Source: Octopus sinensis (Eukaryota). From it: 41,645 bases of DNA. The notes under the pieces were generated by a model, which had not been told where the DNA came from, did no database searches, and saw only the letters and a list, made by a program, of their open reading frames with translations. The DNA lies in the NCBI RefSeq assembly GCF_006345805.1, contig NW_021832934.1, positions 1-41,645 of the forward strand. Direction: 5' to 3'. A program made the position numbers and the translations under genes. This document shows positions 21,830 to 33,723 of the stretch, piece by piece (the first letter of the stretch is position 1; every line of letters starts with the position of its first letter).

Positions 21830-22245
21830 TTTTACTTGTCATTGGACCGCGGCCATTCTGGGGCACCACCTTAAAGGTTTTAGTCGAAAACGTCGTCCCC
21901 AGTACTTATTTTCATTTTGAAATCTTGTGGGTTACTTAGTTTGACGCTCCCTAAGGACGAATCGCTAGACTACGGGAACGTAACAAGCCAACCCCGATTG
22001 TCAAGTGGTTAAGAGAAACACAAAGACACATTTATATATATTCATATACATTTATATATCTACAACGGGCTTCCATACAGTTTCCGTTTGTCAAATTGAC
22101 TTGTATGGCATTGGCTGGCTCCGAGTTACAATAGAAAATATTTGTCCAAAAACTGCATGGTGGGACTGAACCCCAAACGACGTGATAGCAAATCGAGCTT
22201 CCCAACAATACACCACGCCTGCGTCTCCACAACCATGCCTGCGCC
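21830..22245 (-). mobile_element. tRNA-derived SINE (long family), diverged
   Basis: Aligns to 4560-4965. Confidence 0.75.
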
Positions 22246-23039
22246 TGCGCAGTCTTGTCTCCGCTAAACATTCATTGCATTTAATATGTTGACGCTAACT
22301 ATCGATTTATATCCGTGTGGCGTCTCCGAGTAATTAGAATCATTAATTAATTTATATTCTCGATATGCTAATTTTCCACACCTGCAAATTTTTATTATCC
22401 ATCTACTTAGTGACTGTCTCATCACAACTCTGGCCCGTGTGATGAATTGGTTCGTGTTTCGATGAGGAGGTGTAATAAGATCGAAACATACCCAAAGTTG
22501 TCTCCGTACTTACTTTCAGGTCTAACTAAAATAATACGAGCTATTGATTCAGTATTGTCTTTTCCTCACCGCATACATATCCTTCATTGGATGTTTATTT
22601 CTACATGCATAACTACCATGGAGTCCTTATGTAGACGCTCATCTTGTTAGAAATAGCAGACAATTTATCTTTGGATGCACGTAGTACTGAATTCTGTGAT
22701 TGATATTACATGACAGTTTTCTCATTCGAAACACCGCACTCACACGCTCGTGCGCGCGTGACAGACAGACAGACAGACACACACACACACACACACACAC
22801 ACTCATATCTATATCTATATATTATACTGAATATCAGCATACAGTGGGAACACTCCAAGATTTTAGCCAAACATATTCAAATATATGCATATATATATAC
22901 ATATATATATATACATATATATAATATATATATATATACATCATACATACATACATACATACATACATACATACAAATAATATATAGATTATTATATATA
23001 TATATATATTATTGTGGTTTGGGGAGAGTCTTTTTTGTG

Positions 23040-23300
23040 CCTTACTATGTAATCGTAATGCCCAGATAGGTAATGAACTTGGACACCAACCGCCTCTTAC
23101 GACTTGTGCCATATGTAAAAAAGCTTGTAAGACAATAGCTGGACTTAAAAGACATATGCGAGTTCACAAAAACATTCCTTCAGAATCAGATTCCAAAGAG
23201 CAAAGGTGTAAAAGAAACTTGAATAGTGTGTCACTAATGTTTTAAACACTGTCAGTCAGCAGCTGGTCTTAAAAGTCATCCGAGGGTTCATCAACGGAGT
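23040..23300 (+). pseudogene. Two decayed C2H2 zinc fingers, probably the C-terminus of an RTE-type LINE
   Basis: CAICKKACKTIAGLKRHMRVH (from 23105) and, in another frame, CH*CFKHCQSAAGLKSHPRVH (from 23229). The CxxCxKxCxSxxGLxSH pattern is typical of LINE C-termini rather than TGEKP-linked transcription factors. Confidence 0.6.
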
Positions 23301-23348
23301 GATGGTGCTGTGTGATTGGGACGGCTATCATCTGTCAAGATGAAACAA

Positions 23349-23580
23349 GGCGGCGAGCTGGCAGAAACGTTAGCACGCCGGGCGAAATGCTTAGCAGTAT
23401 TTCGTCTGCCGCTCAGTTCTGAGTTCAAATTCCATTGCGGTCGACTTTGCCTTTCATCCTTTCGGGGTCGATTAAATAAATACCAGTTACTCACTGGGGT
23501 CGATATAATCGACTTAATCCCTTTGTCTGTCCTTGTTTGCTCCCTCTATGTTTCCCCCCTGGAGGCATAAAGAAATAAGA
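23349..23580 (+). mobile_element. Full-length SINE (ggcggcgagctggcagaa family)
   Basis: A-box-like TGGCAGAAACG, B-box GAGTTCAAATTCC; homologous copies at 8525, 21308, 28505-28965, 35103, 36541 and 36748. Confidence 0.85.
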
Positions 23581-23631
23581 TGAAACAATCATCACACATA
23601 ACATACATACACACAATATATTATAGATAGA

Positions 23632-23674
<43 letters not shown>

Positions 23675-23777
23675 ATATATATATAGATATATATATATAA
23701 TAAATACATGTATATGTATATATCAAGATATATATAACACCACAGTAGCTAGCTAGCTTGATTGATTGATTGATTGA

Positions 23778-24147
23778 TAGATCGTGGGTTCATTTCCTAG
23801 AACAAGCGACGCGTTGTGTTCTTGAGCAAAATACTTCATTTCACGTTTCTCCAGTCTTCCTGTCGGTCAGGGGAAGGGGTTGCCTAGCCATCGGGGTGGT
23901 GTCTTTCGAAGGCTAAAACGATGCAAAGCGCATTGACACCAGCGATGTGTGACAAGATCTGATAGTCTTTTCGCTGTCCTCTTTTCAATCATTGGACTGC
24001 ATCCATTTTGAGGCACGGCCGTCAAGGATTTCAGTCGAAACAAATGGATCCCAGCATTATTTTTAAAGTCTGGTACTATTCTATCGATCACTTTTGACAT
24101 ACCGCTAAATTTTGGCGCGTAAAGAAACCAGCACCAGTGCTCACGGT
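23778..24147. mobile_element. Two abutting SINE fragments (plus-strand head/core, then minus-strand long-family tail)
   Basis: GGGTTCATTTCC and TGTGTTCTTGAGCAAAATACTT, then a region aligning to 4585-4730. Confidence 0.6.
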
Positions 24148-24217
24148 ATATATATTCATCTTTCTCCCCCCTCTTTCTCTTCATATATATACATACATAT
24201 ATATATATATAATAACC

Positions 24218-24407
24218 CTGGAGAAGACATCATGCTCGGAATGGTCAGTGGCAAGAGAGGAAGAGGCCGACCAAGAACCCGCTGGCTTGACACCATCAAG
24301 AGTGATACCGGAATGGACATAGCCAATTTGAAAGAAGCGGCCCAGGATAGAACTGACTGGAGGACACTGATCCATCGAGTGACCGAGAGTCGACTTCGAC
24401 TGAGCAG
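24218..24407 (+). mobile_element. RTE (BovB-like) LINE extreme C-terminal fragment
   Basis: LEK-DIMLGMVSGKRGRGRPRTRWLDTIKSDTGMDIANLKEAAQDRTDWRTLIHRVTESRLRLS; flanked by (TA)n. Confidence 0.88.
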
Positions 24408-24418
24408 ATATATATATA

Positions 24419-24481
<63 letters not shown>

Positions 24482-24721
24482 CGTTATTCACTGTAGCCTT
24501 CTGAAAATCTCTCTCATACTTTCTTTACCTTCTCCGAATTCTCTCTTCCTTATTCCGTCTTCGCTTAATTTTCCTTCTTCCTCCTTCCTCTCCGTTCTCT
24601 CTTCCTGATTTTCTTTTTTGCTTTCTTTCTTTCTTTCTTTCCTTATATTTTCTCTCCTTCCCAGTTCACAGTTTCTCCATCTCCATTACATAGAAACTGC
24701 ACCGTTAGCGAGAAAGATATA

Positions 24722-24768
<47 letters not shown>

Positions 24769-24985
24769 AATAGAGAAACAAAAAGAAAAAACGAGAGAAA
24801 GAGAGAGAATGTGTATGTGACGGCTGTGAATGTGTATGTGTAAATGTAAGCGTGTGAAAATATTTGTGAGTGAATCTGTGTGCATATATGTTTCAGAGTT
24901 GGAGACAGAATGTGTGCGTGTGTGTGTGTGTGTGTGTGACTGTTCGTGTGAGTGAGTCTGTGCAACAGACACACACACACACATA

Positions 24986-25026
<41 letters not shown>

Positions 25027-25376
25027 TGGAGTATGAAATTGCTAGTATTTGTATATGTGTGCATGGGTGTGTATTTGTTTTGTGAATAATTGTGATTTAG
25101 TGCATATGCACACGCGCGCGCACACACACACACACATACACACATACACACACACTTGCACACACATACACGCATACATATATACATCCATAGATATACA
25201 ATACTTTCATGCATACTTGCTTATATACACCCACCAAACACATACATTTCTATATGTATACATATATATATATGTATGCATATATATATATTATATATAT
25301 ATATGTATACATATATATATATGTATGTATGTATATATATATATGATGTATGCAAATATATATATGCGTGTGTATA

Positions 25377-25417
<41 letters not shown>

Positions 25418-25978
25418 TTATTTAACTATATTCACAAGTACGTGTGTGTGTGTGTGTGTGTGTATAAATTATTATGTGAATGTCCGTATAAGTCTGCAGT
25501 GTGTCTGTGTGTCTGTACGTGTGTGCGTGCGCATGCGTATGTATGTGTGCGTATTTTCCCCCAATATGTCCAGTCTGTCTTGTCAAGGTGTCCACCGATG
25601 TTTTTGTGTTGTTTTGTCAGAAAAGCTGCAACAACAAACAGGAATGGCCATGCTAGAGTCTCCAGAGAACGCTATCATATCAACTTTCAGCGTTACTGGC
25701 GATTCTTCATGCTTGGCTGACCATTGCTTGATTCTTGTTGACTTGATCTCTTCCAGTCGACTTCGATTTCTGTCAAGAAGGCAATTTCCTTTATCGTCCA
25801 ATATTTTTCCCGTTCCGTCCCGTACCGCCCCGCCCCGCCACCAACACCACCACCGACCGCACCAACTCCGACAGCATCGTCGTCGACAACAACAACAACA
25901 CAAACAACTACAACAATAAAAACTCCAAGACTGATACCTTCACAATCACACACAGCCCTACCTCATACTGGAAGATGC

Positions 25979-26207
25979 AGAAGAAGAAGAAGAAGAAGAA
26001 GAAGAAGAAGAAGAATAAGAAGAAGAAGAAGAAGAGAAGAAGAAGAAGAAGAAGAAGAAGAAGAAGAAGAAGAAGGGAGGGTGGGGAGAAGGAGATAAAA
26101 AAGACGAGAAGGAGGCGGAGAAAGAACAACTACAACAACTACAACAACAACATCGTGCAAAAGAACAAGAACGAGGTGAAGAAGGAGAAGAAGAAGAAGG
26201 AGAAGAA

Positions 26208-26239
<32 letters not shown>

Positions 26240-26435
26240 AAAAGAAGAAGAAGAAGAAGAAGAAGGGGGAGAAGAAGAAGAAGAAGAAGAAGAAGAAGAA
26301 GAAGAAGGAGGAGGGTGGGGAGAAAGAGATAAAAAAGACGAGAAGGAGGCGGAGAAAGAACAACTACAACAACTACAACAACAACATCGTGCAAAAGAAC
26401 AAGAACGAGGTGAAGAAGGAGAAGAAGAAGAAGGA

Positions 26436-26467
<32 letters not shown>

Positions 26468-26504
26468 AAAAGAAGAAGAAGAAGAAGAAGGGGGAGAAGA
26501 AGAA

Positions 26505-26536
<32 letters not shown>

Positions 26537-26561
26537 AAAAGAAGAAAAAGAAGGAGAAGAA

Positions 26562-26593
<32 letters not shown>

Positions 26594-26722
26594 AAAAGAA
26601 GAAGAAGAAGAAGAAGAAGAAGAAGAAAAAGAAGGGGAAGAAGGAGAAGAAGAAGAAGGAGGAGGAGGAGAAGAAGAAGAAGAAGAAGAAGAAGAAGGAG
26701 GGGGAGAAGAAGAAGAAGAAAC
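25979..26722. repeat. (AAG)n purine tract containing a 234-bp tandem duplication
   Basis: A unique block agaaggaggcggagaaagaacaactacaac...catcgtgcaaaagaac occurs at 26107 and 26341. Confidence 0.92.
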
Positions 26723-26984
26723 TATGATGGCCACTATTACGAATACAAGTATCCCGTAACACAGTCTTCAATACAATTAACATGGCTGGACTGTCACGGC
26801 TGGAATGCTGCTTACCGTTTCGGGTGCCTATGAAACCGTGAGAAGGCAAGAACGCACAGTGGGTCCCTTAACCCATGACCGAATGGAACATTCAAGATGA
26901 AAGAGCTGGAGGGAGAATGGGCAGCCCCTATATCCGTCTGGTATACAGTGTAATAAACAAGTAGCAACGTAAAATGGAGTTTCG

Positions 26985-27075
26985 TGCTTATGGTCACAAC
27001 GCACCACCCATTCAAGGAATCGAACTCTCAATCTCATGATCATGAGCCGAACAACGTAACCACAAGGCCCCGCCG
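26985..27075 (-). mobile_element. tRNA-derived SINE head
   Basis: Minus strand: ggccttgtggttacg...GAGTTCGATTCC (B-box). Confidence 0.6.
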
Positions 27076-27092
27076 CTTTTAAAATGTCAAGA

Positions 27093-27323
27093 TTAACCTC
27101 TTACTGTTCTCATTATTCTGTCCAATGTAATTAATGCTCATTTATTCACATGTCTTTAATTAATCTTGCCTTATTTTGTGGCTTTGAGATTTCGATGAGT
27201 AAATTATTAATTTTTAGGAGGATAGTGTAGGGATGGTGTGAAAGGCCAGATCTGGCTACTTTGTACATAAAACAAGTAGAATATTTGAGCCGGATATGAC
27301 CTGGTTAAATACTTCAATGTTAA
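27093..27323. mobile_element. Degenerate TTAA-flanked (piggyBac-like) MITE
   Basis: Starts TTAACC and ends GTTAA; resembles a common cephalopod repeat from memory only; TIRs are eroded. Confidence 0.4.
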
Positions 27324-28107
27324 ACTTGTTGATAAGCTACAGCCGTAGCAACAACTGCGACCTCTGCTACTGCAACCAGAGCCATGCCTCTATTTGGTTT
27401 TTCGACCCGCAAAGGAAGTCCAGGGGCATTATGGTCCGATAGAAAAGGTTTGGGTGTATGGCAAGAACTTTGCTTCTCAAATACCTGGTTCCATATCCAG
27501 TTCCATTACATGGCACATTCGATAGGTGTCCCTACTGTAGCTTCCGGCCAACCAAAGCCCTCTGAACGGAACTGATAAAAGCCTTTCGTATTTTTGTGTC
27601 TATTTTTCTCCCACTCCCGCGCCAAGGCAACTGTTGTTGATGTGTTTACATCCCCGTAATATACGTCTATTTGAAGCTGAATTTCTTAATTATGATAACC
27701 TTGGGACCTGCCATTTGCCCGACCAGAAAACCATGTACTTTTTAACACTAATAATCTTCTGTACTCCAAGGTCTGATGGGTTAAAATATCGCTGAATGTA
27801 TGAAACTAACTGGACTCTGCTGGTGATTTCAGTGTAAACATAAACAAGTCTGGCAGAAATCAGTGCTGCGCCGGTGGCAGATCCGCAAACCAATAGCGCT
27901 AGATTGAAACCGAGCTGGCCCAATGGAGCTGCTGCACCACAAAGTCTAGAACTTATGAAGATCAACCTGTACAGTCTTAAAACTAGATAAATAAATAAAT
28001 AAAAGTTACCAAACGCAGTGTGTGCGTTCAATAATATGCAATCCTAGATGGAGGCCACTCGTCATAGGTCTCACCTCAGATCATGGCTGATCAGCGATTA
28101 CACCGAT

Positions 28108-28209
<102 letters not shown>

Positions 28210-28504
28210 TAATAATAATAATAATAACAACATTAATAATAATACATCACCACCACTGCTTGTGCTGCTGCTGCTGCTGCTACTACTTCTCCTAGAGTAG
28301 ACGAAATATCACATTAAGAGGGAAGGAAGCACATAGTAGGTTAAGCTGAGTCTAACAGGTGAACTGATCGTTGATGCTGACGAGCAACGCCGGGTATGAC
28401 AATTAAAGCTGAATTTTGAAATCAAAGACGAGATTTGAAATCAGAATGTTGATGTAAAGGGCTGGGATGAAACACGGAAACCACGAATAAATATTTAATA
28501 ACGG

Positions 28505-28965
28505 TTTCCAATTTTGGCACAAGGCCAGCAATTTCGAGAAAGGTCCATTATATTGACCCCAGTGCTCAATCGGGACTTATTTTGTCGACCACCGAAAGAA
28601 TAAAGAGCAAAGTCGACCTCGGCGGAATTCGAACCCAGAACGTAAAGAAGAAATATTTGAAAATGGCATCTGGTTTAGTGACAGGCCAGCAATTTTAATG
28701 AGAGAAGATCAATCAATTACATCGATTCCAATATTTGACAAGAGGTATTTGAGCTCATAACGAAAGAAGCAGATGAAATAACCAAAACATTTTTCCGGCC
28801 TTCTAACGATTTTACCTTCTCACCGCGCTTGAAATATACAATAATGCCTGGTGGGTACTTTATTTTCATCGATACGGAAAGGATAAACGGCTAAGTTGAT
28901 CTCGGCAGGATTTGAACTTAGAACATGAACAGCCGGAAGAAATGCCGCTAAGCAATTTGTCAGAC
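28505..28965 (-). mobile_element. Cluster of three decayed SINE fragments (ggcggcgagctggcagaa family)
   Basis: Repeated ggcacaaggccagcaatt, gaccccagtgctcaa, agtcgacctcggcggaatt motifs. Confidence 0.7.
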
Positions 28966-29517
28966 GCACCCTCTTTGTTTTGTTCCAAATTTTGGGACAA
29001 GGACAGCGATTTTAGAGAGGTTTAGTTGATATCGTCTTAATCCCTTTCACTAAAATATGTCAATCGTTTGATTATTTTTGAAAATAATTTACGATACATA
29101 TGTAGTATATCTTGTTAGAAAATCTGTACCGAAACGGTCAAGTTAGGTTCCATTACGTAGTGAGTTCAAACTTTACCGAAATTCTAGTTGATAATTATCT
29201 CACCCCCACCTCTCTCTCTCTCTCCCTCTCTCTTAATGATTAGTGAGAGATTATCGATCCGGGCAAAACACTTAACTCTCTGTTAGTTAACCAGGCTAAC
29301 AATAATGTCTAGATTGATAAAGAACCCCGTGTCTTCTTGTGGCACGGTCCGAGGTTATAGTTCATCACCATTCCATATTCAAAATCTATGGTTATGCTCC
29401 AATTATACTGATTTATACACAGAGTACTATAAAAGACAAGGCATAATTAATTGTCATTACCTAATTACTACAATAAAAATGGATAATGACCATTATTTAT
29501 ATCTTGTTACAGATATA

Positions 29518-29549
<32 letters not shown>

Positions 29550-29779
29550 CATACTAATACATACACCAACCCTATACATACACACATCCAGACCCCTCCC
29601 ACGCACTTTTAGCTGGTCCCTCAACCCGTTTTATCAACCTATTATCTCCCCTTATTTCGCTCTCGCGTCTCATGTTTGATCTTTGACCTCTGGCCGAAAT
29701 CAGATCGCCATGTTGATTCGTTAGCTACTGCACGCATTTTTTTTCTCTCCTTCTTTCTGTGTTTTTCTCTCTCTGTGTA

Positions 29780-29817
29780 TCTTTCTGTTGAAGAGCGTAG
29801 GCTCGAAACGTTAAAGA
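29780..29817 (+). ncRNA. Minimal type I hammerhead motif, A6U core variant, within a pLTR-like unit (about 29590-29915)
   Basis: TCTTT / CTGTTGA / A / GAGC-gtag-GCTC / GAAA / CG / TT / AAAGA: perfect 5-bp helix I and 4-bp helix II, ACGT palindromic helix III, GUU site. Confidence 0.65.
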
Positions 29818-29916
29818 CTTGTTTTATTTATATTTCCTGAGCGCCATACTAATACAATTGTTCGTTTGTTTTCCACCTGCCTTCGTCTTTTGTTTATTTC
29901 ATAAAGCTTGCCGTTA

Positions 29917-29948
<32 letters not shown>

Positions 29949-30599
29949 TATATATTATATTATATGCATATATACATACGTATAGAGTACATACTTACAC
30001 GTATACGTATATACATATGCATATATGGGCACAGGACGTCAAAAATCGTAAACAACAAAAAATACGAGGACATGGAATATGAACTTTTTTTGCGAGCAAC
30101 GAAAGAAACAAATGAAAAACAAGACAAGTAACACAAAGAACGACCCTTTATCAGTTCTCGGCTGTTTCCTAATCCATATTTCGAGCATTTCACGACAAAC
30201 AAGTAAATATTGAAGCACTGGGTGTGTAACTAGTATAGTTAGCCGGTGAAGCACCCTCACTGCCTCTGGCTACCTAATGTCATCCACATTATTTACACAA
30301 TTGTCGCTGGATCTTCCTCATGAATTTCTCAGGTTCGTCGAGTACATAGCAAATGATAGAAACGGAAATGGACTTTACGAGAAACTTTATTGTTCACAAG
30401 AATCATTGTGAGCAATAAAGTCCCTGGTATATTCCATTTTCTAAATCTAACATTTTTATGTATGTGGGGGGAGGGAGTATGACTTTAAACTGCGTCCGGT
30501 AATGGGGCTCTGACTCGGGAGTTCCAGAGTTCTGAGGAGTGTGAAACCACTTCTTAACCGCTTTTGTTCCCAGATCTACTCTGACCCGGTTCTGTTAGG

Positions 30600-30770
30600 T
30601 TCACAGCTATGGGTTAATTAGCCTGTGTGATGTGAATCCACATGAGCGCGGGGATGCAGAACTTCCTTTGTTGGTATCAGGATGCGACACAAAACTATCG
30701 GCTGTAGGGGACCCCTAGCTGTTGTAAAAGCAACCTACTAGGAGAGGGACACTCGAAAGTAAAGTTTTCG
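30600..30770 (+). mobile_element. Possible RTE-type LINE 5' UTR remnant
   Basis: ccctagctgttgtaaaagcaacctactaggagagggacactc resembles RTE 5' UTR motifs (from memory); no ORF follows. Confidence 0.28.
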
Positions 30771-31170
30771 ACTTCACGTGATTACTAGCCGGTTTTCTTT
30801 GGTCTGTCAGTAAATGTTAATCACAAAGACTCACAAAGTGGTACTCATGTTGTACAACCCTTTATAACGATAGACCAATGACGTATACGTGTCCCTTTAG
30901 GGCGCCCTCTTTTGTCGTCATATCCATTGAAAGTCCTATGGTGTTGGAAAAGTGGCGACGTGTGCAATCCTAACCAGTTGGAAGCACACAGTAAGACACA
31001 CATTTCGTTTGTCACTTATGCTTCAAACTACGCAGACTTGCAACGGGACTGAATAGCCTGAGAGGTCATGGAGGGAAAGTCAGAAATGACATTGTCAATG
31101 AGGAAACACAAGGAGACGACAATCATCTGTGAAGCTGGAGTAACCACCATATGCATATATACATACAATC

Positions 31171-31244
<74 letters not shown>

Positions 31245-31350
31245 GTGTGTGTGTGTGTGTAATAAGAAAAGGGAAATCAAAAACGACGGACGAAGCGAAT
31301 GTATTAGGTTAACGATTAAGTTTTGGATGAAAAACAAAGGAAAAGAGGAT

Positions 31351-31385
31351 TTGTGACGTTTCGAACATGGCACTTCGTCAGAAAG
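31351..31385 (-). ncRNA. Minimal hammerhead motif, canonical core, eroded helices
   Basis: Minus strand: TTT CTGACGA A GTGC-cat-GTTC GAAA CG TC aca; helix II has a U-U mismatch and helix I is weak. Confidence 0.55.
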
Positions 31386-31460
31386 AGGAAAGGTCCGGAG
31401 AGAAGGAAAAGAATAGTTCTTGAAAAGCATGTGTGCGATTTGAAATGACCGAAAGTATAC

Positions 31461-31524
<64 letters not shown>

Positions 31525-31540
31525 CTACACATATATACGT

Positions 31541-31596
<56 letters not shown>

Positions 31597-31599
<3 letters not shown>

Positions 31600-32355
31600 C
31601 TTAGATTTGCAATTAGATAAATGTAGACCCTTCCATAAGCCCAATGAAAAGCTGTTTTATATTAACAAAGAATCAAATCATCCAACTGTCATTCTTAAGA
31701 ACCTAGTTAGTAATACAGGAAGGCGCAAATCATCCATATCTTCAGACGAGACAACATTTCAAAATACCGCGCTGTATTATGATAATGCATGATGGAACAG
31801 TGGATTCTCGGAGAAGATCCAGTATAATGAAATTACTTCTAGCAATAACAGATCACGTAGGAAAATTTTGTGGTTTAATCTGGCATGTAGTATTACCGTT
31901 AAAAACAAATATAGGTAAGGCTTTCTTAAAACTAGTTTCTAAGCATTTTCAAATTAGCCATAAGTTCTATAGAAATTTTAATAGGAGAACACTGAAGGTT
32001 AGCTATTCTTGTTGCAAAAACTTCGCCTCTTTTATTAATCAGCATAACACAAAAATCATTAGAAGCAAGCACTGTGTCGAATTTAACCAGAAGAATTGCA
32101 ATTTCAATGATCAAAGTTGCTGTCGTTAGAAGGAAAATATCGTGAAAAGGGAATAGTTTATAGGGCTAAAGTACAAATAGATGGCTCACAAGAATATAAA
32201 GCACACACAAGGGCTTCAGAAAATTCATTCAAGATTATGTTTTACTCCCACCGAAATTCTTTGCGATACTCCAAAAATAGGACGGCAACAAGTCTTGCGA
32301 AACATGGCTGGCAATTGAAGGAAAGTGACACCCGTCCTTTCAATATCAGCTTGGA
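31597..32355 (+). mobile_element. Penelope-like element C-terminus: RT thumb, Cys linker and GIY-YIG endonuclease (decayed)
   Basis: PFHKPNEKLFYINKESNHPTVILKNL; RRKILWFN...VKTNIGKAFLKLVSKHF...FNRRTLKVSYSC; CN...C.LEGKYREKGIVYRAKV...ASENSFK.MFYSHRNSL...TSLAKHGWQLKE. Confidence 0.9.
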
Positions 32356-32401
32356 AAAGCTTTTGGTTTTTTTTCGTAAACTCTCCCTATATATATATAT
32401 C

Positions 32402-32452
<51 letters not shown>

Positions 32453-33169
32453 CATACATACATACATACATACATACATACATACATACATACATACATA
32501 GACAGATAGACAGATAGAGAGGCATACCTATACTAGTTCACCACACATTTTCAGGTGCAGTACTTGGATACATCGGAGTGTCGTAACCTGAGGTCATTGG
32601 CTGTTTCGGATCATACACTAGACACCCACATCCAAACGAGCTGACCTACGTTGGTCAATGCCTGGCTTGACTACACGCGTCATTCCGCTCCTCCTTCCCC
32701 CTCCTCCCACTATTCACCTCTAAATGCTTCCTCAATTGCCTCAACGTTGTTCTTGATGTGGATTTTCTTTCGTCGCCTGCAAAACTTAGGTTTCCATTGG
32801 TTTTAACCAGTGAATTACAAACGTCGATTTAATAACCGCGTGTTCCTCTGTCTGCCTGTTTCCCTCCACCCTCTCATCCACACACACACACTCTCTCTCT
32901 CTCCCGCTTTCTCTCATTCGTTCTTTCATAATTTCTACCCCTCGTGCCTTAGATAAATAAGAACAAAACATTCATGGTGGCAGTAGTGTTGTGGTTGTTG
33001 TTGCTGTTACTGTTTCGGCATTGGACATAGCCCATCTCTTCCACACACACCCTCACGAAAACTAGAGAGGTTTTGATTTGAAGGAAATTTAGTGCCTATT
33101 TCTAGCATGTCGAACCACCGCGTATCGAACTCACTCTTTTTCTCACGGAGGAGTTGTAGGAGTAGAGAT

Positions 33170-33692
33170 GAAAGGGAGAGGAAGACAACGAGAAGGAAGA
33201 GGAGAAGGAGGAGACAGAGAGAGATGATAGGGATGATGGGTGTGGCGGTGGCGGTTACGCTCGTCGTGGTGGTGGTGGTGGTGGTGGTGGTGGTAGTCGT
33301 CGTGGTCAGAGGAGAAGGAGGAGGAGGAGGAGGAGGAGGAGGAGGAAGATGAAGAGGAGGATGTAGAAGTGGAGATGTGTAAGTGTTAAGGAGAGATGTT
33401 AATAAGTGTCACCGGTGTGTCAGCCGTCGTTGAAGATAATAGCTTTATTAGTGAGAAAAGGATTATGTTTTAGGTGGAGGTGAAGGCTGAGGTGTACATA
33501 ATGCGGTGGTGGAGGTGGGGGTGGGGTGGGGGTGGCGACGATGTCTTGTTGTTGCTGTTGTTGTTGTGGTAATGGTGAATGTATGATGTGAGGGCAGGGA
33601 GTCATGTGATAAATAGATAAATAAATAGACAAGATGGCGGCAATGGTTTTTGGTGTGAAGTTGATAATGTGTTTCTAGTAAAAATATTACAG

Positions 33693-33723
<31 letters not shown>

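Noticed and set aside
23105-23295. Host C2H2 zinc-finger transcription factor exon
   Set aside because: Frameshift and stop between the fingers, no TGEKP linker, and a LINE-type finger pattern.
25975-26727. 250-aa poly-Lys ORF (and the overlapping poly-Ser/Leu/Phe ORFs)
   Set aside because: By-product of an (AAG)n tract that lacks stop codons; no splice or domain evidence.
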